Part shown: positions 32,345-42,957 of the stretch, in pieces
Layout of the letters: every line of letters begins with the position of its first letter
Numbering within the stretch: position 1 is the stretch's first letter
Origin: Candidatus Poribacteria bacterium
GTDB lineage: Bacteria; Poribacteria; WGA-4E; WGA-3G
Assembly: GCA_963663765.2 (NCBI GenBank)
Contig: CAXXUA010000003.1
Location: 416,001 to 480,000 of the forward strand
Reading direction: 5' to 3'
Length of the DNA stretch: 64,000 nucleotides
Program-made: the position numbers and the translations under genes
The notes under the pieces: model-generated
Told to the model about the DNA's origin: nothing
Seen by the model: the letters and a program-made list of their open reading frames with translations, nothing else
Database searches by the model: none

Positions 32345-32570
32345 GGACTTACGCAGTTTTCTTGATTTAATCAAGAAATAAGATTAGAATGATGTTATTT
32401 TCAGCATTTTTTATGTTTCCAGCGCGCTTACAAAGCACAAAATCAAGAAATCAAGAAATCAACGGTATGAATGCCTTTTGGCATTCCCCCAAATCAACGG
32501 TATGAATGCCATTTAGGCATTCCCCCGTACAGTTGGGTGCGTAAGTCCTGATCAAAATAAAAAGGAAGGT

Positions 32571-34298
32571 ATGGCGAATTATCAAGAATTGGCACAACTC
32601 GTTTGGAATGTAGCGGATGATGTGCTACGAAACTTGTTCAAACAGCACGAATACGGTGACATCACCCTACCATTTCTGGTGTTGCGCCGATTAGACTGTA
32701 TTTTGGAAGAAAATGGACGGAAAGAGGAAGCCATCAAAACCTTCAATCAGTTTAAGGATCAAGTAACCGAAGAATCCCTACCACCGATTATCAAAAATAA
32801 AATCAACACCAATTTCTAAAACATCTCCAAATACAACCTTTCTCGATTGAAAGATGACCGAAACAATATCCATCTCAATTTTGAGAATTACATCGGTGGT
32901 TTTAGCAAAAACGTGCGTGACATCATTGAGAACTTCAATCTCGATCGGTTTATTGAACGTCTGCACGATAACAATCGCCTTTACATATTTTGTGAAAAGT
33001 TCACTGAAGTAGATTTGCACCCAAATGAAGTGGACAACCGCACGATGGGATTGGTCTTTGAGGAACTGCTCCGAAAATTCTCTGAGATGTCCAACGAAAC
33101 CAGCGGAGAACACTACACACCGCGCGATGTCGTACAGTTATTGGTTAATTTGCTATTTGCAGAACACAGTCAAGAACTGCGCGGTGAGGGAATTGTCCGT
33201 AGTATCTTCGATCCGTGTTGCGGAACTGGTGGGATGTTGACCATTGGAAAAAAATACTTCCACGACAAAATTAATCCAAATGCAACCATCCGACTATTAG
33301 GACAGGAACTGAACGCGCAGACCTACGCAATCTGTAAGTCGGATATGCTCATTATTGAAGAAGATCCCGACAATATCCGACACGGTTCCAGTCTTTCAAA
33401 TGACAGATTTCAAAGGGAACGTTTTGATTATATGATCACTAATCCACCCTTTGGAGTCAGTTGGAAATCGGACGAATATGCAGTGAAATCAGACGCACAA
33501 ACCGCTAACGGTAGATTCTCTGCGGGAACACCGCGCTCCTCAGATGGTGCATTGCTGTTCCTGCAACACATGATTTCCAAAATGGAGAACCGCGGGAGTC
33601 GCATCGGAATCGTCTTTAACGGATCACCGCTCTTTACAGGTGATGCGGGGAGCGGTGAAAGCAATATCCGAAAATGGATCATTGAAAATGACTGGTTGGA
33701 GTGTATTATTGCCCTACCTGAAAAATTGTTCTTTAATACCAGTATCGCCACCTATATCTGGATCTTAACCAATAAGAAATCAGCAGCACGACAGGGAAAT
33801 ATCCAACTCATCAACGCCGTTGACTTTCACGACGACATGAAAAGGAATCTCGGACAAAAGAACGCTCTCGTTTCCGATAAACATATCCACCAAATAGCTG
33901 AACTGTACACAAACTTTGAAGAAACCGAACACTGCAAAATCTACCCAAACGAGTTTTTTGGTTATACAAAAGTAACGGTTGAGAGACCACTCATTGACGA
34001 GGAAACAGGGGACATCGTCACAGACAGTAAAGGCAATCCGAAACCAGATTCCAAGTTACGAGACCATGAACGCGTGCCTCTCTCTGATAACATCGATGGC
34101 TACTACCAACGAGAGGTTAAACCGCACGTGCCTGATAGTTGGATGGACAGGAAGAAGGATAAAGTAGGGTATGAAATCAACTTCAATCGGTATTTCTATC
34201 AGTACACACCGCTACGTTCACTCAAGGAGATTGCTGATGAAATACTGACTCTTGAACGCAAAAGTGAAGGCTTACTGAATGAGGTGTTAGGACTATAA
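32571..34298 (+). pseudogene. hsdM: Type I RM methyltransferase subunit with in-frame TAA at 32817-32819
   Basis: GEHYTPRDVV, DPCCGTGGML, NPPFG; the two ORFs share a frame. Confidence 0.9.
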
Positions 34299-34377
34299 AA
34301 GGGATAAGTTATGATTACCGAACTCAGAGCGCAAAATTTCAAATCATGGCAAGATACGGATACGTTACAGTTTGCAC

Positions 34378-35835
34378 GGGTGTGTAAAGTTTTTGTCACA
34401 AGAATGTACTGAATACAGATCTTGCTTAGTATTAGGTTAAATGGTATCCTTCTAAAAAACACTTTTTTATCAGAGAGGATACCAATGTTTAGTATATCAT
34501 TAGCAAGTTGTGAAGTCGAAGAGTTTAGAGAAGATGCAATCCATTTTGTAGAAAAGATCAATAATGTTTTACACACCCTTAGTTCAGACAGTCTTTATGT
34601 AGACGCTATGGAGATAATAGCCTTAGAGACGATGCGTTCGTTAGGTCAAATGATGTTAGAAATGGGTGTTCTCAAACATTCCGTTGAACAAGTTTCTGGA
34701 TCTGTTGAATGTCCACAATGTCAACAAGCGTGTCGTCCGTATCGTAAAAGAGAACGCCGTATTACGACGCTATGTGGTGTTATTCGTGTTGACCGTTGGG
34801 TGTATCGTTGTGCTTCGGGTCATTATCATTTTCCGTGGGATACGAAAGAAAAGTTGAAAGGTCAATACACACATCGTGTAGCTGAAGTGATGTGTTGTAT
34901 GTCTGCGCGTCTTGACTTCAGGGAGGCAGCAGAGGAGTTGTTTCGTCAAGGGATAGAAGTCAGTCATACGACCCTCAATCAAAATGTGCGTGAATGGTCA
35001 AAAGCGTTGCGGGATTCACAACAAGTGGAAACACAAAAACTTGAGGCAAATCAGCGTTGGTATGTGAGTTGTGATGGATGCCACACCAACTCACAAGAGG
35101 GGTGGAAAGAAACCAAAGTTGGTTGTATTTATAGAGATTATCCACAACCTCCAAATAGTTCTGGTGCGACACCGAGTGCGAGAACACCAAGCATTCGTTA
35201 TGTTGCGGAGCGTGAGAATGCTGCTCATTTCGGTAAAGCGTTGTATAAGTTAGCAACGCAGAGCGGCATCTATCAAGAAGATATAGGCACGCAAGAGGTC
35301 GTGTTTATCGGAGATGGAGCGGCGTGGATATGGAACTTAGCGGCTGAATACTTCCCGAATGCTGTAGAGATTGTGGATTACATGCATGCCAAATCACATC
35401 TTTATGATGTGGCTAAAGTTGCCTTTGGTGAGACAGAAACAGAAGACGTAGAAACTTGGGTCACAGAGACAGAACCCTTTCTTTTTGATGGCAACATTCC
35501 AGAAGTTGTCTCACGTATCCGTGCTTTAGCCACACAGCACCCAGACGTTTGTGAGATTTTAGTAAGAGAAACAGGTTATTTTGAAAAACACGCGAAACGG
35601 ATGCAATATAAAACGTTTAGAGATAAGGGGTATCAGGTTGGGAGTGGTGTGATTGAGAGTGCGTGTAAACATGTTGTGGGACAAAGGTGTAAACAAGCTT
35701 CTATGAGATGGGAGAAACCGGGTATTAATGCTGTTCTAAGTTGGAGATGTCTGTTGAAGAATAATGCCTGGGACAGATATTGGTATCCAGACACAAAAGC
35801 CGCATAACACTTAGTGACAAAAACTTTACACACCC
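34378..35835 (+). mobile_element. ISKra4-like (UPF0236) insertion sequence
   Basis: TIR GGGTGTGTAAAGTTTTTGTCAC; 8-bp TSD GTTTGCAC. Confidence 0.9.
34485..35807 (+). CDS. ISKra4-like transposase
   Basis: CPQC, SCDG, IGDGAAWIW, DYMHA and GSGVIESACK motifs. Confidence 0.88.
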   Translation: MFSISLASCEVEEFREDAIHFVEKINNVLHTLSSDSLYVDAMEIIALETMRSLGQMMLEMGVLKHSVEQVSGSVECPQCQQACRPYRKRERRITTLCGVIRVDRWVYRCASGHYHFPWDTKEKLKGQYTHRVAEVMCCMSARLDFREAAEELFRQGIEVSHTTLNQNVREWSKALRDSQQVETQKLEANQRWYVSCDGCHTNSQEGWKETKVGCIYRDYPQPPNSSGATPSARTPSIRYVAERENAAHFGKALYKLATQSGIYQEDIGTQEVVFIGDGAAWIWNLAAEYFPNAVEIVDYMHAKSHLYDVAKVAFGETETEDVETWVTETEPFLFDGNIPEVVSRIRALATQHPDVCEILVRETGYFEKHAKRMQYKTFRDKGYQVGSGVIESACKHVVGQRCKQASMRWEKPGINAVLSWRCLLKNNAWDRYWYPDTKAA

Positions 35836-35883
35836 GTTTGCACCATTGACTGGACTTTTCGGCGCGAATAGCTCTGGTAAAAC

Positions 35884-37382
35884 TAGTGCTTAGTCAACAT
35901 ATTTTCGTAGGTCGTGATTCGGTGATCGCACCTACAGAAATCTTTGTATTGTAGGAGGGAACTCCGATTCCCGACTTCTTTTTAGCTCCATCAATAAGCA
36001 CGTTCCTAAGCAGTAGCACATTCATCCAGATTGTGCGGTCAGTTGTAGTGCTTAGTCAACATATTTTCGTAGGTTGTGAATCGGAGATCGCTCCTACAGA
36101 AATCTTGGTATTGTAGGAGGGAACTCCGATTCCCGACTTCTTTTTAGTCCCATCAATAAGCACGTTCCTAAGCAGTAGCACATTCATCCAGATTGTGCGG
36201 TCAGTTGTAGTGCTTTGTCAACATATTTTCGTAGGTTGTGAATCGGAGATCGCTCCTACAGAAGTCTTGTGTATTGTGTGTATTGTAGGAGGGAACTCCG
36301 ATTCCCGACTTCTTTTTAGCTCCATCAATAAGCACGTGCCTAATCAGTAGCACATTCATCCAGATTGTGCGGTCAGTTGTAGTGCTTAGTCAACATATTT
36401 TCGCAGGTCGTGAATCGGAGATCGTTCCTACAGAAATCTTTGTATTGTAGGAGGGAACTCCGATTCCCGACTTCTTTTTAGCTCCATCAATAAGCACGTG
36501 CCTAATCAGTAGCACATTCATCCAAATTGTGCGGTCAGTTGTAGTGCTTAGTCAACATACTATTGTAGGTCGTGAATCGGAAATCGCTCCTACAGAAATC
36601 TTTATATTGTAGGAGGGAACTCCGATTCCCGACTTCTTTTTAGCTCCATCAATAAGCACGTGACTAAGCAGTAGCACATTCATCCAGATTGTGCGGTCAG
36701 TTGTAGTGCTTAGTCAACATACTATTGTAGGTCGTGAATCGGAAATCGCTCCTACAGACATCTTTGTATTGTAGGAGGGAACTCCGATTCCCGACTTCTT
36801 TTTAGTCCCATCAATAAGCACGTTCCTAAGCAGTAGCACATTCATCCAGATTGTGCGGTCAGTTGTAGTGCTTAGTCAACATATTTTCGTAGGTTGTGAA
36901 TCGGAGATCGCTCCTACAGAAGTCTTGTGTATTGTGTGTATTGTAGGAGGGAACTCCGATTCCCGACTTCTTTTTAGTCCCATCAATAAGCACGTTCCTA
37001 AGCAGTAGCACATTCATCCAGATTGTGCGGTCAGTTGTAGTGCTTTGTCAACATATTTTCGTAGGTTGTGAATCGGAGATCGCTCCTACAGAAGTCTTGT
37101 GTATTGTGTGTATTGTAGGAGGGAACTCCGATTCCCGACTTCTTTTTAGTCCCATCAATAAGCACGTTCCTAAGCAGTAGCACATTCATCCAGATTGTGC
37201 GGTCAGTTGTAGTGCTTAGTCAACATACTATTGTAGGTCGTGAATCGGAAATCGCTCCTACAGAAATCTTTATATTGTAGGAGGGAACTCCGATTCCCGA
37301 CTTCTTTTTAGCTCCATCAATAAGCACGTGACTAAGCAGTAGCACATTCTTGCAGATTGTGCGGTCAGTTGTAGTGCTTAGT
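35884..37382. repeat. Tandem array of nine 162/172-bp units
   Basis: Unit starts at 35884, 36046, 36208, 36380, 36542, 36704, 36866, 37038, 37210; terminal stub at 37372. Confidence 0.95.
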
Positions 37383-37824
37383 GGTTTACTCGCTAAACAT
37401 TTATTATGTAGAGAACGGACAGAATAAACCCAAAAGTCCCTTCCCATCGCTTGCGGAGGATAAAGGAAGGTGGGTTTAGGAAATTCAAAACACAAATACT
37501 TAGCGAGTCAACATATAGTTAACTGACTCAAATCAGGATGTTGCTCAATTTACGTTATAGTAAAATTCACAATTACTTATACACTCCGGTTGGTTCGGTT
37601 TCCGAACCGAACCTGTATAAATCGTGCGGTTAAAAACCGCACCTACCATGGAGTGTAGACATATATTTGGATTTCACTATAAGTTACTAATTGGTAAAAT
37701 TGGTAATATTTTCTTCGGAAAAACCCAGTCATAGACAAGATTCGTGTACATAAAAAATTACCAATTGCCTGAAAGTAGCGACTTGTGCTAAATAACTATT
37801 TAGTAAAATTTACTTCACATAGAC

Positions 37825-38746
37825 CAATACCTTCGCCAATAATACAGGGTTATTTAGTTTTAAGAGTTTTCTGTTATTGAGATTTACTGAAAGTTAATAC
37901 CCAGGTTCGGTTTCCTATTCAAATTTTCTGCATCAGTTTTAGATTATTGAAACATGAACATAGCTCTTTAGTCCCGACAAATGCATTATGGGGAATGCCT
38001 AAATGGCATTCATACCGTTGATTTGGCGCATTTGGCGTTGATTTGGTAGGGACGATATGTTTATAGAAAACGATAACACGCCACAACTCTTTAGTGGTTT
38101 TCTTGCTATGTATTTATTATATGTTTCCATTGATGATCTCCTACTTAAACGGATGACTACTGGGTTCTTCAGCATTGGACTTTTATTTTATGCTAAAATT
38201 AATTGCCGAAAGAACCATTTAGTCTCGTAGGGACGATATGTTTATAGAAAACGATAACACGCCACAACTCTTTAGTCCCGTAGGGACGATATGTTTATTC
38301 TTCTATGTCGTTCCTACGGAACTCAATTGGGGTGGAAAAGATTTTCTATAAACATATCGTCCCTACTGGACTAAAGAACTCGACAAGATGGCACCCCATA
38401 AAATTAACGACATAGCAAAATAATATCAAAAATATTGAAAACTAAATAACCCTGGCCAATAATAGACATTCTTCCAGATTGTGTGTGTAACTGTAGCACA
38501 TTCTTCCAGATTGTGCGGATAACTGTAGCACATTCTTCCAGATTGTGCGGGCAGTTGTAGCACATTCTGACAGATTGCTGATATAGGCATTTTTATTGTC
38601 AAATTAGACGCTATGATAATTAAAAATACTTCAACGAAAACCTGAAGTTATTTTTATTTATGTAATTCTAACAATATCACAGAGCAATGGTAAATCAACA
38701 CTATAGACTCATTCAACTGAAACACTCAAGAATGGCGAAGGTATTG
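37825..38746. mobile_element. CAATACCTTCGCCA MITE with nested ISAs1-type MITE (37845-38454)
   Basis: Inner element has 10-bp TSD GCCAATAATA; outer body is the reverse complement of 9854-12003 without IS1634. Confidence 0.88.
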
Positions 38747-38829
38747 ATTTTAAATTGGTGCTTATTTATGAGGATGAAATTCAACGATTGCATGGTTGCA
38801 CTTGAACGGAAAGTTGAACACTTATGACG

Positions 38830-40519
38830 CAGCGGGCGGTAATCATCGGTTGCTTACACTTGAACTTGTCTACCAAAGTGGGGGTGAGGCACGCGATGCC
38901 TATATTCAACATCTCAGCGAAATTTTACCTGAATACGGAATTGACCCTGCGGAACTCCAAAACTTCGAATAACTTGTTCTTGTGCGTCAGGTAGAAGGCA
39001 CACTTGAAAACGAAGAAGCATTCGCAAAAGCGTCTAACAGACAAGACGCTGCACCCTTGACTGCCGAGACACAAGCTGCGGAAGATGCCGAAGCACTTAC
39101 AGATGAAATCTTTGAAGGATTCTCATTTGGTAAACCGGGCGGAAGTAACAGACAAACAATAGCTCAGATATTAGCTGACCCTTCTGACCAGAACCACCGA
39201 GCGTTTGTCAAGTTTGTCAATAAACTTGTGCAATCCGCAAGGTCAAGGTATAGACATGGGGATACAGAGAAATTTTCACCTGAAGCCCGCCATTTATTTG
39301 AAAATGTTGTGTTTCACAGGGTATTTGCTGAGACGGAACGTGGGCAGGCGTTGTTTGAACTCAAAGAGAACGGTACACTTGCACCGACACAAAACGGACG
39401 CGCATTGATGATAATACTACCACACCTTGCGAAGTTCGATGCGTTTTTCACAAAATACAGGGACGATGTGCGGGCACTCTCAATTTCTAAAGATGTCGCT
39501 GCGGCATTTCATCTACTTTCTACCTTGAGAGGTGACCCCTATAACATGCGTGTTGGGCAAGCCGCTGTTCATCTTGATACCATGCCGATGGCCGATGATC
39601 CTACAATGACAGAGACGGGTATGGAAATAGCCCGCGCACTGAATGGTATTAAAGATGTAAAATCCGTCGCTAATATTATCATTAATTATATAGGGAAAGC
39701 GATAGAGACTGTAGAAGCAAGTGGTGTGCCTGTAGCACAACAAGACGCTATGTTTGAAGGTGGCGATGTGTATACCGGTCCGTCAAAAGATGTCATGTTG
39801 ACAGAAATTATAGAAGAGTCCAAAAAACCTAAAAAGAAAACCGAAGATACCGGACAAACAGATTTATTCCCTGAAGGGGAAGAAGGAGATACTGATGCAA
39901 GAGAACCAGGAACACCTGCAAGAGGAACAGGAACACCCATTGAACGTAGCGGCACTGGAGATAATGAGACTCCAGTGGATAGTGGATAGTGGATAGTGGA
40001 GGAGGAGATAGAAGATCCGATGGAGGAGGCGGACGTGCTGGCGGGGCACCAGGACGAGCAGATACTGGACGGGGAACAGCTGCCGATCCTGCAGCTCCTG
40101 GAGCGGTGGACGATCGGACCGGACGGGGAGGACAACCATCCGACACTCCTGAAACTCCGGGAGATGACAGTGACGGGACAAGAGGACGAGATGCTGAACC
40201 TGCTGCACGGGACAGACAAGGAGATGATACCCGAACCCAATCCCAAGATAATAGACGCACCTCAAAAACAGATAGACGAGATAGTGTGGGGGATCAAGAA
40301 TCACCTGCATCTGATGCTAGTAGAGGTCGGGAGCCTGCTAAGAAAATAAGAAGGCAAAGAGCAAGAGAGATATTAGAGAAAAGAAAATCTGAACAACAAT
40401 CTGCTCAAGATTTAGGTAAACGTAGAGATGCTGCTCTGCGTAAACGTAGAGAAGCACGTCAGAAACAGGCAATAGAAAACAGGAATGAAGGCTTACTGAA
40501 TAAGGTGTTGGGGTTGTGA
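38830..40519 (+). pseudogene. Fragment of a phage/plasmid polyvalent protein with a ddrB-like ParB domain
   Basis: GGNHRLL..AYIQHL..YGIDP..*LVLVRQ..FAKASN..QAAEDA; Gly/Arg/Asp linker; heptamer frameshift near 39975. Confidence 0.6.
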
Positions 40520-40524
40520 GAGAT

Positions 40525-40700
40525 TATTGATGTGATGGCATACAATAATTGATACCGTATCTATTTTAGCATCTATTTAACCGAATCAGATAGCAAGACT
40601 ATTCTGATTCTGTGTGCTGGTGATAAATCGTCACAAACACGTGATATTGAACGTGCTAAAGAATATTCGTTAGATGTCAAACAGAGATATGAGGGATATA
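40525..40700 (+). pseudogene. Addiction-module (HigB-like) toxin remnant
   Basis: TILILCAGDKSSQTRDIERAKEY. Confidence 0.7.
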
Positions 40701-41543
40701 ATGATGGAACAATTTAGAACATGGCATGAAATATTAATGGAACGTCTTGCTGATCCAGAAGATGTTATCGGCTACCTTGAAGTTTCTCTTGAAGAATATT
40801 TAGATGATGGTGACAAGGCATTTTTTCTAAAGGGAATAAAAAATGTAATAGAAGCACAAGGCGGGATTCTTAACGTTTCAGATCAAGCTGACATTGATCC
40901 GAGGTTTCTTTCAGACGCTGTAAACAATGGATCCATACCACCTTTTCATATCCTTAGTTCAATTTTCACATCTTTTGGAGGCGGGGAACTCATTAATCTG
41001 CCACCGACAGAAATGGTGTTCAATGCAGTGTCACATGACAAATTACAGACTTCAGATAAAACGGTATCTAAACAAGCTACAAACAAAAAATTTACTGAAA
41101 GACAATTACAGAATATTAAATACTGGATGGGTTTGTGTGAGCATTTAGAACGGCGAGACAGTTATCTACAACGGCCAACGGCTAATGCATCTCATTACCG
41201 AGATTTACGGATTGGAATAAGAGGTTTTTCGTTAAGGGCAAGGCAGACTATTAAACATAGGGAAATCAGTGCTGCATTGATCATGAGAGGCGCAAATGCA
41301 ATAGGTCACTTCTACGCTTTAAGGGTGCAGGATGAAGAAATTGAGAGAGACTTTGGGGACAAATTGGAATGGTGGGCAAAGGCAAAATCTGAGAAACGCG
41401 TGGCTTTCAGAAATCAAGATGCAGACCCTACCGATGAGAAAGATTGGCATAATCAACACGAATGGTTGGCTGATATCCTTGAAAAATTACATGCCGTATT
41501 TTACCCGCGACTTGAAAAACTAATGATGGGGTTTAGGTCTTAA
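40701..41543 (+). CDS. Addiction-module antidote fused to a DUF4268-like domain
   Basis: YLEVSLEEY..FLKGIKNVIEAQGGI; C-terminal YW..EEIERDFGDKLEW..DWHNQHEWL. Confidence 0.75.
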   Translation: MMEQFRTWHEILMERLADPEDVIGYLEVSLEEYLDDGDKAFFLKGIKNVIEAQGGILNVSDQADIDPRFLSDAVNNGSIPPFHILSSIFTSFGGGELINLPPTEMVFNAVSHDKLQTSDKTVSKQATNKKFTERQLQNIKYWMGLCEHLERRDSYLQRPTANASHYRDLRIGIRGFSLRARQTIKHREISAALIMRGANAIGHFYALRVQDEEIERDFGDKLEWWAKAKSEKRVAFRNQDADPTDEKDWHNQHEWLADILEKLHAVFYPRLEKLMMGFRS

Positions 41544-41615
41544 CGTTCAGCGAGCAATTGAAATGCAAATCCTGAATGTCCAAAGTTCAGTACTCTTTAT
41601 AGGAGATATTATATT

Positions 41616-42608
41616 GTGAATCAAAAGCCAAAGATATTTATTGCCTACTCACATGATTCTGAGGAACACAAAAACTGGGTAGGAGATTTTTCAAGAGAGT
41701 TACATTCTTACGGTATCAATGTAGTCCTTGATCAATGGGACCTTAAATACGGTGAAGATGTAACCTTATTCATAGAGTCAAATATTAGAGAGGCAAAAAA
41801 GGTATTAATTATATGCACGGATAAGTACATTGAAAAAACTAATGATCCTCAAGGTGGTGCTGGTTATGAAAGAATGATAGTATCCAGAGAACTGATTCAA
41901 AATGCTAGTTCAAACAAATTCATTCCCATTATCAGACAGTCCTCCGGTCAAAAATTAACCCCAGATTTTATGGGTGTTAGGTTTTATGCTGACTTTCGCG
42001 ATGACTCAAAATTTGAGGTAGAAGTTGAAAAATTAGCTAGCCATTTTGGGGTTAAGGTTTCTTCGGACAAATCTATAGAAAAGATGAGCAGGAGAAACCT
42101 CAAAAAAATTAGGGAAGATTTGATTAAGGAAGGTGGTTTGTTTGATTTTAATCCATCTTACAATAAAAGGCATTTCAATACATTAAATCGTTTAATTGTT
42201 AATAGCAACAAATATTTCAAATTAAATATACTGTTTGATGTGGAGATTGCATATACTTATGAAAGTTCAATTCATGGTATGCTAAGTGGTAATATGCTTG
42301 ATATACCAGTTGGTGATTTTTGTGGAATATATGAGTTTATCTACAAATTTCTTAATAATAATTTTACCATGACAGATTCTAAATATACTCAAGGATTAGT
42401 AACTATAATTGAGGAAGGAACTTCACAAGAAATTTTTGATTATTTACTAAAATTCAGAAAGATATTAGAACTTTTTGAGGAAATTATGGTAAACAATCAA
42501 GGAATTATTTCTCATGATTTTCCTAATGGTGAATATGATGAATATACATTAGTTGTTGTTAGAAGCAAGAAACAACAACTATCAGCTATACTTGACAAAT
42601 ATTACTAG
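41616..42608 (+). CDS. TIR/SEFIR-domain protein
   Basis: KIFIAYSHDSEEHKNWV..LDQWDL..GGAGYE..FIPIIR. Confidence 0.88.
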   Translation: MNQKPKIFIAYSHDSEEHKNWVGDFSRELHSYGINVVLDQWDLKYGEDVTLFIESNIREAKKVLIICTDKYIEKTNDPQGGAGYERMIVSRELIQNASSNKFIPIIRQSSGQKLTPDFMGVRFYADFRDDSKFEVEVEKLASHFGVKVSSDKSIEKMSRRNLKKIREDLIKEGGLFDFNPSYNKRHFNTLNRLIVNSNKYFKLNILFDVEIAYTYESSIHGMLSGNMLDIPVGDFCGIYEFIYKFLNNNFTMTDSKYTQGLVTIIEEGTSQEIFDYLLKFRKILELFEEIMVNNQGIISHDFPNGEYDEYTLVVVRSKKQQLSAILDKYY

Positions 42609-42644
42609 TAAGAATTAGCAATGCAAACCTGCAAATACAAATTA

Positions 42645-42940
42645 CAGCGATAGCCACGGCTCTCACATGTCGTCAACGACTTGTTGACCTTCAGTTCTAT
42701 TGTTGTTTCGGTGTAACGTCAAGTAAATTTTCAGGCGTGCGTCTCTCTCACGGTAACACGCTTGTATTCTTTCTAAACAGACCCATGTTGGTAACAGTCA
42801 CCCTTATTACTAACGCGTCTCGGACTTAGAAAACCGCATCTGCAATATCAGCTGGATAGATGACTAACTTGATCGCAAATATTCGCTATAACTCGTCAGA
42901 TGAACGGAATCTCTAGCCTTCAGGCTAGGAAGGAATCAAC
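42645..42940 (+). mobile_element. Possible non-autonomous IS200/IS605 remnant
   Basis: Right-end-like GGAATCTCTAGCCTTCAGGCTAGGAAGGAATCAAC (hairpin + TCAA). Confidence 0.45.
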
Positions 42941-42957
42941 GAAAAGATGTTAGAATT

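Larger units (their letters stand above)
34311..35886 (+). pseudogene. AAA ATPase N-terminal stub, interrupted by an IS and truncated at the tandem array
   Basis: Rejoined sequence MITELRAQNFKSWQDTDTLQFAPLTGLFGANSSGKTS. Confidence 0.8.

Noticed and set aside
35884-37382. 162-bp array as a CRISPR or other guide-RNA array
   Set aside because: Units are near-identical throughout, with no spacer diversity
39686-40349. Alternative-frame and antisense ORFs, including 39996-40349
   Set aside because: Shadows of a GC-rich low-complexity linker; the 39989 frame best continues the upstream protein
38830-40519. Intact prophage
   Set aside because: Only one broken phage/plasmid-type gene; no structural or integrase genes
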